From Magallana gigas (taxonomy: Eukaryota), in the NCBI RefSeq assembly GCF_963853765.1, contig NC_088855.1, positions 59,210,001 through 59,274,000 of the forward strand: a DNA stretch of 64,000 bases, in the 5' to 3' direction. Shown one piece after another: positions 11,601 through 32,760 of this stretch. How positions within the stretch are numbered: the stretch's first letter is position 1; each line of letters starts with the position of its first letter. Under the pieces are notes generated by a model. The model made no database searches and was not told where the DNA came from. It saw only the letters and a list, made by a program, of their open reading frames with translations. The position numbers were made by a program, and so were the translations under genes.

Positions 11601-13509
11601 CAAGATGGTGATTTGTTGTATCATTGAAATTCTACTCTATAAATGGAATTGGTCATTCCAGAATTCAGACATATTTTAAATGCATTGTTACATGCATGTC
11701 AAAAAAAGTCTTACTATTTGTAACAAGTATTTTTTAGTACATGTACTAAATTTACACCGGGAATACTTCTTGTGATTGTAAGTTTCATATTTGTTTTTAT
11801 CCCACTTTAATACTAGCAGACTGACTATATAAACAAATTGAATGTAATTACTTAACAGGTGATAGAAGACCAGCTCCGAGTGGAGAAGGCCAGAGAAGCT
11901 GAGCTAGACATGTTATACCAGTAAGTCCCTCCTATAGCTGCCAGGCTGGTGGCTGTCTCATGTGAATATCAGTTCATCACTGAAATTAATCTGTTAAAAT
12001 TGATGTAATACTAAGTTAATGTGAATATCCTTATAGGGAAGAGGCTGCTCGAATGTGGGAGAAGAGAGATGCTGAGTGGGCGCGGGAAAGTAAAGCTCGC
12101 GAGAGACTGATGAGAGAGGTTTGTTTGTCTGTGTATGACTGATGCATTTAAATTTATCTGATAATTTGATTATATTTTTTGTCAAGATAACTTGTTTATA
12201 TGATACTTTGTATTTCAGAAAGTTTTTTTTGACACTTATGAATAAGTTTTATGTTGTTTACTGAAAAATAGTACGTGTAATAAATCTAAACTAATTTTTT
12301 TGACGATTGGATTAAATGTTGTAGTCTCCCTTCACAAGGTCAGTACTATTTACAGGTATTCAAGGACAGACAAGAGCAGATTGAGGAGAAGCTAGAGGAA
12401 GTACAAAGAGAGCGAGAGGAGTCGCTACGGCAACGAGAACAGCTGATCGAGGAGATGGAGATAGCCAATCAGTTGACACAGCGTGACCTAGAGAGGGCCG
12501 AGGAACAGAAAGAGGCTCTCAAGCTTGATCTGAAGGGACAGGTGAGTCATGTTTACTCCGTCAGTGATTCTGGTTGTTTAACATCAGTTGTCATTGTGGG
12601 CTTCTTGTTGATACTTCTACAACTAATTCTCTGTACTCCAAAATCTTAATGATATTCCTTTGATATGTAATTTTTTTAATAATTTTGTGGGAAGGCCAGA
12701 GAATATAAAATATTCTCAAATCATTTTGATTATTTTTGTAATACCATCCTTGGTTATCCCCCCTGTAGATTGTTTTCCTGTACACTACATTACAGTGACA
12801 CAGCCATTTGTTCTGATGATTCTCTTTATCCTGCTGTAACATGGCTCTTCATTATCATTCTGTAATAAATCGTTGGTTATCCCCATTTAGATGACGGCGC
12901 GTCAGGAGCAGCAGATGACGGCGCGACAGAGGATGAAGGAGGAGGAGGATCGCGAGCAAGAGGAGGAGCGCGAGTACGAGGACTTCCTCCAGCATGAAAC
13001 GGAGAGGATGAAAGTGCGCGGCTTTGCCCCAAAGGTATAACTGTTTATGACTCTTGTTATAATGTGTCATCTTCTATTAGCATCAGGCATTTGATGATGT
13101 ATAAAAAGTTCCTAATCAGAAGTAATATATGAGGTTTAGTGTAAATTTAATACCTGGTAGTAACTTAGTAAGCATGATATTAACAAAAAATAATGATTTG
13201 GTTGTTTTTTTTATTAAACTAAATATGATAATATAGTTTTTAAGATGCTCTGTATAAACTCAAATGTCAGTGTATTTAAATATGTACAAAATAAACTCAG
13301 GCAAGTTTACCTGTACTGCGACGTCCGGGAACACGTGTTGCACAGTACATACTACATGTATAGTGTACCTATTTGATGATGTACAAGTTCCCCTTTGCTA
13401 GTACACATACTTCTGTAAAAGCTTGGTCATAAAAATAAACATCTGGGTACACAATCTAATTCGTCTTTGTTTGTTACAGAATTTCGGAAGGAGAACGGCC
13501 TGGATGTAG
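8612..13509 (+). CDS. TCHP: Trichoplein keratin filament-binding protein (mitostatin); 14 coding exons
   Basis: Exons 8612-8802, 9160-9268, 9356-9457, 9690-9746, 9872-9940, 10228-10401, 10851-10963, 11200-11266, 11482-11592, 11859-11920, 12037-12118, 12356-12541, 12891-13034, 13480-13509 (TAG); all GT-AG and in phase. MALPSMPHYW, LYEYWRQNNPDIRK, ADAEWMKQVIEDQL, MWEKRDAEWARE and C-terminal AWM match recalled human TCHP. Confidence 0.95.
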
Positions 13510-14129
13510 GTCACATGACCCTTGCTGACCGGGCCAGCTCACTGCCCAACACTCACACAGAGATAAATCAGAGGCCCACTCTCAGCAAAACCCCCGACAA
13601 TTGTGATATTCCGTTTACAACATGTAGATCTTTTATTGTCCAGAAATCTCATTTTGTGCAACTGTAGAGCAGACATTTTAATTATTCTCATTTGAGAATG
13701 TGCATAACTGAATATATGTAAATATCAATATTATTTACACATCATAGAGTTTTATTAAATGTTTTATCAGGAAACAAGTAGTTTTGTTCCTCTATTAAGT
13801 GATCACCACATTTTAATGAAATGATATGTAGTTTTAATATGTTAATGATACCTTCTGTGAGAAAATTAAATGAACTGCAGGTACTGTAAAACTAAGAAGT
13901 GTGTTAAGTTTGAGACATTGTTGGTTTGAAAAACTACAGTGCTCTGCAATGACTGAAAATTTGGAATCAAGAAATAAACATGACAGATCAGCAGAGTTTT
14001 TTTCATTGAAATTTTATTTCAATATAAGAGATTCCTATAAATTAATCACAGCGTTCTTTGGAATGCATGACTTTTGGTATGAAAAAGCAATGATAGAAGT
14101 CTTTCGATGTTTGATCACTTCTTTCTTCA

Positions 14130-21906
<7,777 letters not shown>

Positions 21907-22519
21907 GATGTGCGTTCTGATGGACGTCCAGGGTAAAATAAGTAAGATTTGCGAAATTCAGTTATTTAAAACCGCATAATTAATCACACGACAAACTAGG
22001 TCACAAATGCTTTGTTTAGAGAAAATTCGAACGAGCAAAGGCAGTCGGATCACCTCGCCTTTTTCCGTCTTTTATCTTGCATGCAAAGGAAGATGTACAA
22101 GGAAATCCGATTGTTGAGGAACGGCCTTGATCATGAGAAACTGTTGACGTTTGAGGTTTGATCGTTTGTTACATAGAATATGACTGATCAGAACGATTTA
22201 AAAAATGTTGATCCTTCAAAATAACCGATCTTATAATTACTTTTTTTTAAAAGGAGGTTTATATTCTTTTTAAAATGGTAAACCGAAAACCAGCGAAGGT
22301 TTAACCATGTGTTAACGTTAAACAGGTTGGGAATAATGTGCCCAAATATTATAGTTCGTTTGGGATATACAATATCCGAAATGGATTATAACTTTGAAGT
22401 GCCAGAAATTAAAAAAATTCATTTTGCTAAAACTATGCTTTATCCACTGTAGAATCTGAGAATGGATGAAATGTAACATCTTTTTTCTGTAACCACACTA
22501 TTGCAGGTTGATTCCTCAG

Positions 22520-23435
22520 TATATTCACAGGCACCTGAATTTTTATCAATAAAATCGCTCAATAAGCCAAATATAAAAAATAATCTACCTCCTCTAACGT
22601 TATATGTTAATAATTTAATTCTGGTTGTAACGCGGCATTTGATTGGATAGAAAAAATTAGTATAACCTGGTTTGCACATCACAAGACACGTCACAATGCA
22701 CCAACGTACTAATTCACTTGACGTTACGTTTGAATTTTGAACAGATTTATATCATTTTTAAAAGTAAAACGGACTCAATTTGTACAGCAAATTCCAGAAA
22801 ATTAAATTATAAGGAATGAACTCAATATCTACCCAAGTTATACTCGTATAACCTGGGTTGGAGCAATTTACGCTTTTTTATAATCCGCTTCGTGGATTAT
22901 AAAGCGTAAATTGCCCCAACCCAGGTTATTTAAGAAATGAACTCAATGTCTACCCAAGTTATACTCGTATAACCTGGGTTGGGGCAATTTACGCTTTATA
23001 ATCCGCGAAGCGGATTATAAAAAAGCGTAAATTGCTCCAACCCAGGTTATACGAGTATAATTTGGGTAGATATTGAGTTCATTCCTTATAATTTAATTTT
23101 CTGGAATTTGCTGTACAAATTGAGTCCGTTTTACTTTTAAAAATGATATAAATCTGTTCAAAATTCAAACGTAACGTCAAGTGAATTAGTACGTTGGTGC
23201 ATTGTGACGTGTCTTGTGACGTGCAAACCAGGTTATACAAATTTAACTAAATTTTTCTATCCAATCAAATGCCGCGTTACAACCAGAATTAAATTATACG
23301 AGTATAACTTGGGTAGACATTGAGTTCATTTCTTAAATACATGTGTATTTATATAATTAGAGGAGATAGAATTTTTTTTATATTTGGCTTATTGAGCAAC
23401 GCATTGTTAAAAATTCAGGTGCCTGTGGTATATCC
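22520..23435. repeat. ~900-bp compound inverted repeat made of two inverted hairpin-element copies, upstream of ASPDH
   Basis: About 22613-22900 is the reverse complement of about 22995-23295; outer arms 22520-22610 and 23340-23435 also match in inversion; internal hairpin apices at 22889 and 23007. Confidence 0.85.
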
Positions 23436-23478
23436 AAAGCTTCTTGGAAATTAATTTTATTTAAAAAATAACCCAATC

Positions 23479-24534
23479 TATGGTGGCATATCTCTGCCCC
23501 TTGTGTGCAAGTTATTTTTCTATCAAATGTCGACATGCAAGATAAATATGTTGATATGCAAGATAGTTATGTCAACATGCAACATAACCATGTTGACATG
23601 CAAGAAAACTACAATCAAATAAGAGTTATAAAAATCTCAAATATCGCCAACATGTGACATCCAAGATGCTAGATACACTACCTACTGATGTCAACATGCA
23701 ACTTATTTATGTTAACATGCAACTTTTTTATATCTACATGCAACTTATTTATGTCGACATGCATTTTAGTTATGTTAACATGCAAGATAGCCGAGTGGTT
23801 AAGGTGCAGGACTCATGACCGAAAGGTTGTGGGTTTGAATCCTGGCCGCGGCAAGTCGACGTTGTGTCCTTGGGAAAGACACTTTACTTGTATTTCCTCA
23901 CTCCACCCAAGTGTAAAATGGGTACCTGGCTATAGACAGTGAAAGATATTGTCGGAATGTGAGTGTTTGAGCGCCTTAACAGCTGCCGCACTGAGAAGGC
24001 TCTGGAATGCTTTAAGGTCTGCTGGGGTAATAATTGTAAAGCGCTTTGAGAAATGTTTCGGCAATTTTAAAAGCGCTATATAAAAACTTGCAATTATAAG
24101 ATAAATATGTTGACATGCAACATATTTATATCGACATGCAACTTAGTTATGTTGACATATACAACTTATAAGTTGCATTTCAACATATTCATCTCGCATG
24201 TAAACATAACGAAGTTGCATGTCAACATATTCATCTCGCATGTCAACATAAAAAAGTTGCATGTTGACGTAAATAAGTTGCATGTTGACATAAATAAGTT
24301 GTATGTCAGTATATTTATCTTGCATGTTAACATTAATAAGTTGCATGTCGACATAAAAAGATACCATCTAGTATCTTCGATGTCACAGGTGGGCGATATT
24401 TGAGATTTTTTGAGATTTTGTATAATTCTTATCTGAATCCAATTTTCTTGCATGTCAACATATTTATCTTGCATGTCGACATATTTGATAGAAAAATAAC
24501 TTGCACACAAGGGGCAGAGATATATGCCACCATA
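23479..24534. mobile_element. IS3EU-like non-autonomous foldback element
   Basis: TIR TATGGTGGCATAT(AT)CTCTGCCCCTTGTGTGCAAGTTATTTTTCTATCAAAT at both ends; perfect 6-bp TSD CCAATC (23473-23478, 24535-24540); internal ~21-bp ATGTCGACATGCAA repeats. Confidence 0.8.
23790..24097 (+). mobile_element. tRNA-derived CORE-SINE, slightly 5' truncated, nested in the IS3EU-like element
   Basis: A box GCCGAGTGGTTAAGG, B box GGTTTGAATCC, CORE-like TGTGTCCTTGGGAAAGACACTTTAC...TTTCCTCA...TGTAAAATGGG, L2-like tail TGTAAAGCGCTTTGAG...AAAAGCGCTATATAAAA; TSD AAGATA (23784-23789, 24098-24103). Confidence 0.8.
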
Positions 24535-26501
24535 CCAATCAAATTAAAATTCAATTTTTTTTGCACTTCAATCTGATTAAAATCAGATCCTTGATCTGCT
24601 ACTTATTTTTCTGTTGATTACTATACCAGGCCTCATGTAGCAACAATAGAGAAACAAGGAGCGGATCGATGTTATGATTTCAATCAGATTATTTGCATTT
24701 CAAATTCATATCCCATTTAGGACATTATATCCCAAACAGGTTATTATACATCTCATTTGATGGATAGTCTCAACTTGTTAAATGTTGTTATTAATTCCTT
24801 CCATGGGCATTGGAAGTAATTGTATATATAAATATGTGCATGTATACATGCACAACAATATATTCATTATAACTTCCAGTTCCCGTTTTTCCTTCAGAAT
24901 CAATGATCGATGAGGAGAATTTGCATTCATGTTTATTGCAAACTTATTAGTTAGCAAGTTGTTGCAGATAAATTGATATTAATATAATATAGCCAGAAGT
25001 TTTTTTGAGGGGCTAGACAACAGTCAAATGCCACAGTGACTTAGAGTTGCACATCAGTACAGGGGTACTGGATGTTATTGTAAAGTATTATGTACAAATA
25101 TGTGCAGGTATAAATTATTCATGCACAAAATTATCTATCCATCCATCCACCCATCTCTTTCTCTCTCTCTCTCTAGTATCTTTCTTTCTTTCTTACAATA
25201 ACTTTCAGCGCCCATGCTTCAGTATACAACAGTCGGCATATTACAATAGTCAGCATTTTAATGACAATAGTGTTGTACATGCCTAAATAGTAGCAGGTAG
25301 TGTCAGGGGTGATACATAGTGCACTCGCCTCTGGCTTATGCATTATGTATCAAACGCTGACTACTATTTAGGCGTAGTACATGCACAGTACAACATAAGT
25401 ATGTACTATTTTGACTATTAAGAATTAAGATATATATAGAAAATACTCTTTATCTCATTATATCACAAATATTTCTAATTATAAAAAGAGGCAAATGACA
25501 AGCTAGGTCCTAGCAAGCTGAGTAATTATGTTTGTCAATTGTGTTTCAGAGCAATCTTTGCTTACTGATGTTGAATTTTACACTATCTAGGTGTACCTCT
25601 TGAGAGATTTTTGATTTCATAATACTTCCAAGCACAGTCTCAAAATACTTTTTTTGCTATAATACAGACAGAAACCGCCTATTATAAGGTTTGTAAATCT
25701 AACTCTCGACAGGAATATATAGAGTCAAGAGTCTCAAGACCGCGAGAGTCGCAATTATCACCTGTAAGTAATTTCACTTTATGGGGCTGATGATGGTGTT
25801 TAAAAAAATATCAGAGGCAAGTGAAATGACAATATCAGTAGTAAAATGTCTGAGGAATGTTTTGGTATCAAATATTTGAACATCCAAATTTTTTCAGACT
25901 TAGAGTTATAAACCTACAGCAACACCCTAGCCCTCTTTATGATGCATATAATATACAGTACATATCTAATTAACTGTTCAGATAAGCTATCCTTACTGTA
26001 TGTGTTTATTCACCAATTAAGGACTGTATGAAGCAAAATATAATCAATACATTATTTACCGTAACAAAGTTTAACAATGAATTAATTAATCACTGGAAAG
26101 AATTTGAGATCCACATTACTGGTACATGTTTTCTCAAACATATGCAAAAACATCAATGCAATGAAATATATTTCTATCCATGCATCATAACTAAAAAAAA
26201 ACAAAAAATGTATAGGATAATACCTAAGAATTGTAATTTTGATGGCTAAATCCGATGGCTTGATCATTCATTAATGGGGCTGTATTGTATTCAGGTTACG
26301 GTCATTGGTAACTTCTTTTTGTTTACATGCTGTATTTTCGATTGAAGAAAGAAAGACAACCCTTACTTATTAAAAGAATTGGTTTTTGTTTTTAAAAATA
26401 AAAAAAGATAAACTTGTTTAACATGTCCCAAAGATTGAAATTAATGATATGTATACATGTATTTCAGAATCTTCCCTGCACCATTCGTAGAGGACTTGAC
26501 C

Positions 26502-27744
26502 ATGGACCCTCGAAGCACTGCCCAGGATGTGGTGCGTTGTGATGTGTGTGATACCCCTGTCCCCCCACTACACTGTGACTTCTGTCAGACCAATCTCTGC
26601 AAAGCTTGTGTTGGGGACCATATGTTGGATTTATCCAAAAAACACCAGGTTGTACCGTTTCAAGACCGAGGGTCTACTCCAAATTATCCCATTTGCCCAA
26701 AACATTCCCCCAAGCAATGTGAGCTTCATTGTGAACAATGTGACATTCCTATTTGTGCCCACTGTGTTTCCTCTGAAAGTCACAAAAATCATAAGTTAGT
26801 AGACATTTATACCAACTATCAAAAGAAAAGAGAAGATTTACAAAAAGATTTGCATGAACTGAAAAAATTCCTTTCTCCTAAATATCAAGAGATTGCAAAG
26901 AACATAACAGCTCAGAAAGCTGATCTGAGTAAAAACTCCCAGAAATTGACAACAGCAATTGACAAACAAGGAGAAGTCTGGCACAGAGAAATAGACACTA
27001 TTATCACAAACCTGAAATCTAACGTGGAGGAAATGGACTCCAAACACCTGGCTGCCCTAAACAAACGGGAAGATGAAATCACACGCATCATATCTGAAAT
27101 CACACAGACCATTGCTCATCTGAAGAAGTTACTGGACTCCAATGATGTCAGCCTTGTCTCTGAGTACAAGTCCAGGATTGCTGAATTCAGAAGATTGACT
27201 CCTAAACTCACAGTTTCTTTACCAAACTTCACCCCTCAGAAAATTAACCCAGAACAGCTTTACCAACAGTTTGGTTCCCTGTCAGCATTCTCCATTACAA
27301 CAGAGGAACATGGCTACACCATGGAAACCTCAGAAGCTGGATCATCTCCTCTTAAATCACTGCTTGATGAGCCAAAGATCATCGCCACCATACAGACACA
27401 GGATAAATTCTTACACAGTGTTACTTGTCACAGTGATGAAGAAATCTGGACATGTAGTTATTATAATAATAAAAATATCATGAATCTCTACAACCTGCAG
27501 GGAGAACTAGTGAACTTTGTCCAAACCAAGTCGGGCAACAATCCATGGGGCATAGCAGTGACAAGGAGTGGGGATCTAGTTTATACTGATTACAATGATA
27601 GAACTGTGAACATAGAGAAGAATACACAGATACAGACAGTGATCCAACTACAGGGGTGGATACCTTGGAGTGTCTGTAGTACCTCCTCTGGTGACCTCCT
27701 GGTTGTCATGGAGAGTGATGATTATGAACAAACAAAAGTTGTGT

Positions 27745-27780
<36 letters not shown>

Positions 27781-28175
27781 ACGGCGACAAAGGACAACCT
27801 CTCTATTCATCTGGTGTCTTTAAATACATCAGTGAGAACAGGAACCAAGATATCTGCGTGTCAGACAATGAAGCCTGTTCAGTAGTGGTAGTCAATCAGG
27901 CTGGAGAACTCCGGTTTACCTACACTGGTCCTCCCTCTACTTCCAAGGGATCATTTAGTCCATACGGCATCACAACAGACAGCCAGGGTCGGATCCTGAC
28001 AGCAGACCGTGACAACTACGATATCCACATCCTGGATCAGGACGGACAGTTCCTCCGCTACATTGACAACTGTCATTTACAGGCTCCATTGGATTTATGT
28101 GTGGACACCAGAGACAACCTCTTTGTGACCGAGTACAACACAGGTAAAGTGAAGAAAATCCAATATTGTATGTAA
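26502..28175 (+). CDS. RING-less TRIM-like protein: two B-boxes, coiled coil, NHL-repeat beta-propeller; single coding exon
   Basis: Acceptor TTTCAG ends at 26467, ATG at 26502. CDVC...[17 protein letters not shown] and CPKH...[23 protein letters not shown] are B-boxes; [32 protein letters not shown] and [16 protein letters not shown] are NHL repeats. Confidence 0.92.
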
Positions 28176-28212
28176 ACAACATATGAAGGTGAACTGTGTA
28201 TACAGTGGAGTG

Positions 28213-29047
28213 CAGGCTTGGGGCGAATTACATTGTAAAGTAATGCATTACATTACCATTACTTCATGAATTTGGGCATTAAATTACCATTACCATTACT
28301 TGATTTTCTTGAAGTAATGCATTACCATTACCATTACATGAGTAAAGTAATGCATTACCATTACCATTACTTTGTTTTAAAAAATTAAAGCTAAATAGTT
28401 TTTGCAAATGTTTCAAATAAAAAACACTCTTTAACATATTTACAGGTTCATTTTCAGTATCAGGTTCAAATTCAATGACTTATAATTATACAAGATTCAT
28501 TATGTATTTGCTCAATATATAATCATATCTTATGGCATTATGAATAACATATCACATAAAGTAAATTGATATATATTATAGACATTTGACATGGTTCAAT
28601 GTCAGGTATGAAATAGAGACACAGAAGTACATGCATAACAGAAAACAAATTATGGAATAATGTTGCTGTTATTTAAGCTAAATTGGGGTATTTCCCCAGA
28701 TTAAACAAATCTTTATAATTTTGGAAACTTACTTAATCAATTTATAAACAGAGGGTTTTCCCAGTAATTCTTAATATATTTTACTCGGATTTCTTTATAC
28801 TGAGGACACTTTAAGACAAAAGATTGCTGTTGCACTTTATGATCATCAAAGTTTCAAAGGGTTCATCTCTTAACTGGATCCTGTTAGGTTTGAAAATCTT
28901 CCAAGCTACATGTATACTAAATAAACTTTCTACAGGAGCAGTGAACATCTTATTTGCAATCTTTATATTAGGATATATATTAAGAGCAATGATAGAAAAA
29001 TTACATAAATCTTGTATTTTCTATCAGTGTAAACTGATGTACTTAAT

Positions 29048-29082
<35 letters not shown>

Positions 29083-31060
29083 TTCAAATGGGTTATAATA
29101 TTGAAAGTGATTTTGATTTTCATCATGGATGGACAGTGCATTCATTTTGTTTTTAAAGGTGCATGTCCTTTTTTCTATTGGAACATAGCCAAGGGGAGGG
29201 GATTTGGGTGTTTAGTGGGTTTGTTCCCGTTTTGCACACATTTGAAAATAAGGTATCGAAAAAATGTGTGCGAAACGGGAATTTGACCAGGTGAGATAAT
29301 TGCTTAATTGCTATAGTCTATATCACAATTCCTGTGAGGGCTATTGACAATAACATAAATAAATAAAACATGCACTCCCAATACATATTTACATCTATTT
29401 TATGTTACAATATGAATTGCATAAAAGCTCATTTACATAACAATTGACCTGCTTGTTTTTAATATAATTTCAAACATTACTACAGTAATTCAGTCATGAA
29501 CAATTTCATTAATTAATTTAAACAAGAAAGATTATTGCAAAAATGTTGGATATGAAATGCTTTGTTTAACTTGCTGTCTATAAGAAGTACATATACATGT
29601 ACATCTTTGACTTTGAAAAGAAAATGTATTTTTATATTCAATTAAAATTGCTTTTGCTGACATAAAGTGAGGAAATGTGTCTAGTGAAAACGCTGCGAAA
29701 TATTTCTCATTTATGCTGTGGCTTGTATAATCGAAGAAAATGGACAAAGTTGATGATGGTATGATGATAAATCAGCAATTTTATATGCTTCAAAAACTGT
29801 AAAACCTATCAAATGAAGACCTAAACCTTCTTCAGATTGAAGTATATAGAATCAATATTCAGATTATTATTTTTGTTTGAATTTTTTGTGCTCCGTGTAT
29901 TTTGAAAAATACCGGTTTGAAGAAAAAAACCCCAAAAAATGTACCGCAATCAAAATTATTATTTTTGTCGGAAATTTTTGTGCTTCATGGTTTTAGCTAC
30001 TGATTTGAAAAATCAGAAAGTGACCTGCAATTATAAAATGTAATTTATACTAAAGCGGTTATGTCATAAGAACTACCGTCAAAGCCGCTACTTCGATGAT
30101 TGAAATATTTTGTGATAAAGATCTGTTTTTCTTTTTATAATATTCTTTCTGTTAATACCAACCAACCAATTATAAACATGCATTTTACATATTTCGCAAC
30201 CAAGTTGTAAAAAGAGACACGGAGTACCCCATCATCTTCACATTGTCTTGACCTGAGTGGAAATTTAGGACTAAAAATATCATTATCTTTATTTTATCAA
30301 AAGAAAAAAATGGTGATAGTTATTAGTTGTTAGACCTAAAACACAACAAAATACAATTGTATCTATATTCTTCATGTTTCATCGTAAAGGCGCTGATAAA
30401 ACACAGGTAAAAATCCAGGTAAAATCTTTGACTGAAAGCAGACTATAATTGCTATCACAACACAATTCACACCTATTGTTCTATACCCAATTATCAAATG
30501 TGTGCAAAACGGGAACACACCGTTTAGTGCTTCTTATAACAATAGATTATTTTGATACTTAGATTATCCTGGGGGCATTGTGTGTTGTTGACACCTTCTT
30601 AATTGAAGTGAAAACTAATTGGAGTAAATTGTTTAAATGATTTCAAACTCTTAATAACAACACTCTTAAAAATGTTATGGACTTGTGTCGTTATATCAAG
30701 TAATAAAATGAACTTTTAAAAAATCTTTTCTTATAATACAACTAAAACATTTTTATCTGAAGAGCATTTTTATCTCAAGAATTATTCCTTTCTCCTTTAA
30801 AATAATTTTAATCAAATACAATTTCAGCTATTCATTTATTTATCACATTTTTTAAAGTGAACATGCATAAATAGGCATGCATAGTAATGCAAAGTAATGC
30901 CATGTAATGCCAGCATTACACTAGATTTTGGAAAGTAATGAATTACATTACCATTACTTGTAATGCTTATTTTGTGGCATTACACATTACTAGCATTACT
31001 TTGAAAACATGTAATGAATTGCAATGCATTACCATTACATTTAGCATTACCCCAAGCCTG
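28213..31060. mobile_element. Non-autonomous hAT element (2.85 kb) in the TRIM-like gene 3' UTR
   Basis: TIR CAGGCTTGGGG / CCCCAAGCCTG; perfect 8-bp TSD GTGGAGTG (28205-28212, 31061-31068); subterminal CATTAC/GTAATG repeats; no long ORF. Confidence 0.9.
29218..30521. mobile_element. Nested non-autonomous DNA transposon with GG..CC termini and 8-bp TSD (Merlin- or MULE-like)
   Basis: TIR GGT(T/G)TGTTCCCGTTTTGCACACATTTGA; TSD GTTTAGTG at 29210-29217 and 30522-30529. Confidence 0.82.
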
Positions 31061-32597
31061 GTGGAGTGTAAGTAAAACTTCATATTATTGATATGAAAAA
31101 CTGTATACTTGTATGAATAAGTCTAAACAGTCTTTATATTATCTTTGAACACATCATGTTTGTAAATATTTTGATAGAACAGTTTGTTTGAATTAAAGAT
31201 GCATGTATAAAAACTGTATTAACAACTATGTAAATGTATGTATATACATGAAAATACAACAGTTGAAGTAATTGTGAATATATATCACATGTATTCACAG
31301 ATAATATCCACAAATGGAGGGTTTTACTTGAATCTAATTTGCAAAATGTGTAAATTATTTACATATACTGGATTCAGTTGTATAAATTAACCTTTTCTTG
31401 TCACATTTTAAATTCATTTATTTAATAAAGAATCTTCCTAATGAAACATTGTGTATTTCATCTGAATGACAGAGTGTTCAATAAATATATATTGTAAGCT
31501 TGAAGTGGTTTGTTGACAACATCAGGAGTCAAGAATTGAAAGAAATCATTGATCCTTGAAACTTTTGACAAAGTGTCCAGGTGTATTTACATCTACCGAG
31601 TCTGATTCCCTCTATTTCTTACGGAAACTTATAGTTCATCCATAGCTCTATAGAAACAGCCAGCCTGAAATCTTCAAGCCCCGTTTATCATTGGTTGAAA
31701 TATACAGCGGATGAAACTGACAGGACTGAAATCGACACGCCCTGTTAATCGATTGGGTGAAACCTTCAGCGACTTAAGAAAAATCACGGACTGCACGAAA
31801 TTAACACGATGATGTCAGACTCAAAGTCTCGCAGAAGACGATTTGGCTGTTTCTTTTAGTTAACGTACTTATATACATTAACAGTATTACATTTTACATT
31901 ACATTTTTAGTTACTTTTCTTAATATATTAATTTTATTAATTAACCTAAAGAAAGATTATATAATATAAGCGATAAAATGCTTTCTTTAATGATTCATGC
32001 GGATTATGAAGGAAGCGATCATTGCAGAAAAAGAAGGTGTTGCAGTTCCTATGCTTATTTTCCCTAAAGGAGTTGCAGATAAAATAGAAAAATCAAAGTG
32101 ACAGAATTCGATGTAAATCTTTTTTTCATGCAATGTTGTACATAAAGCAGTGTAGAATTTTATTTGGAAAGTTTGTACTAACTTATTTAAGACCATGAAA
32201 TAAAGAAAATGGTTATACAAACAAATATGGCAGAATTCACGGTATATAAAAGGGGAATCCTCATCCTTGTGACAAAATGCCTCCTTGAAACAAAATTAAT
32301 TTAATCTTAATGTTAAGAGTAAGACAATTTCTTGAAAACTGCCATTTCCGATTTTTGTTTAAAGAGGCATATTTTTTTTTTTGATAAGTCAGACAATTGG
32401 AAAAAATCATTAATACCTTTGAAGTCTAAAAACGAAGTATAAAATTTTCCCTCCTTATTTTATGTCTAGATAAGTCGAGTGGTAACGCAGTTAGAATAGA
32501 CTTCAATCGTGTTTTATATTATTGACTGGGTTCAAATCCCGAAAAAGTTGGATTTTTTAAATAATTTAATTTCTTTTAATCGCATGGAAAGGTAATG

Positions 32598-32760
32598 TAT
32601 AAGGAATAAGGAATCATTCTTTAAGTATTATGAGGTGATAATTTCGGTCGGGGCGTGATCAAATCCAATAAAGCCCGAAGGGCTTTATGATAGATTTGAT
32701 CACGCCCCGACCGAAATTATCACCTCATAATATTCAAAGAATGATTCCTTATTACTTATA
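32598..32760. mobile_element. 163-bp near-perfect hairpin element
   Basis: Arms TATAAGGAATAAGGAATCATTCTTT...TGAGGTGATAATTTCGGTCGGGGCGTGATCAAATC and their reverse complement; apex AAAGCCC-GAA-GGGCTTT. Confidence 0.8.

Noticed and set aside
23688-24510. Several short Met/Cys-rich ORFs
   Set aside because: Translations of the 21-bp subterminal repeats and the nested SINE.
31652-31854. MITE bounded by AGAAACAGCCA / TGGCTGTTTCT
   Set aside because: Only an 11-bp inverted match and no TSD; not enough to call.
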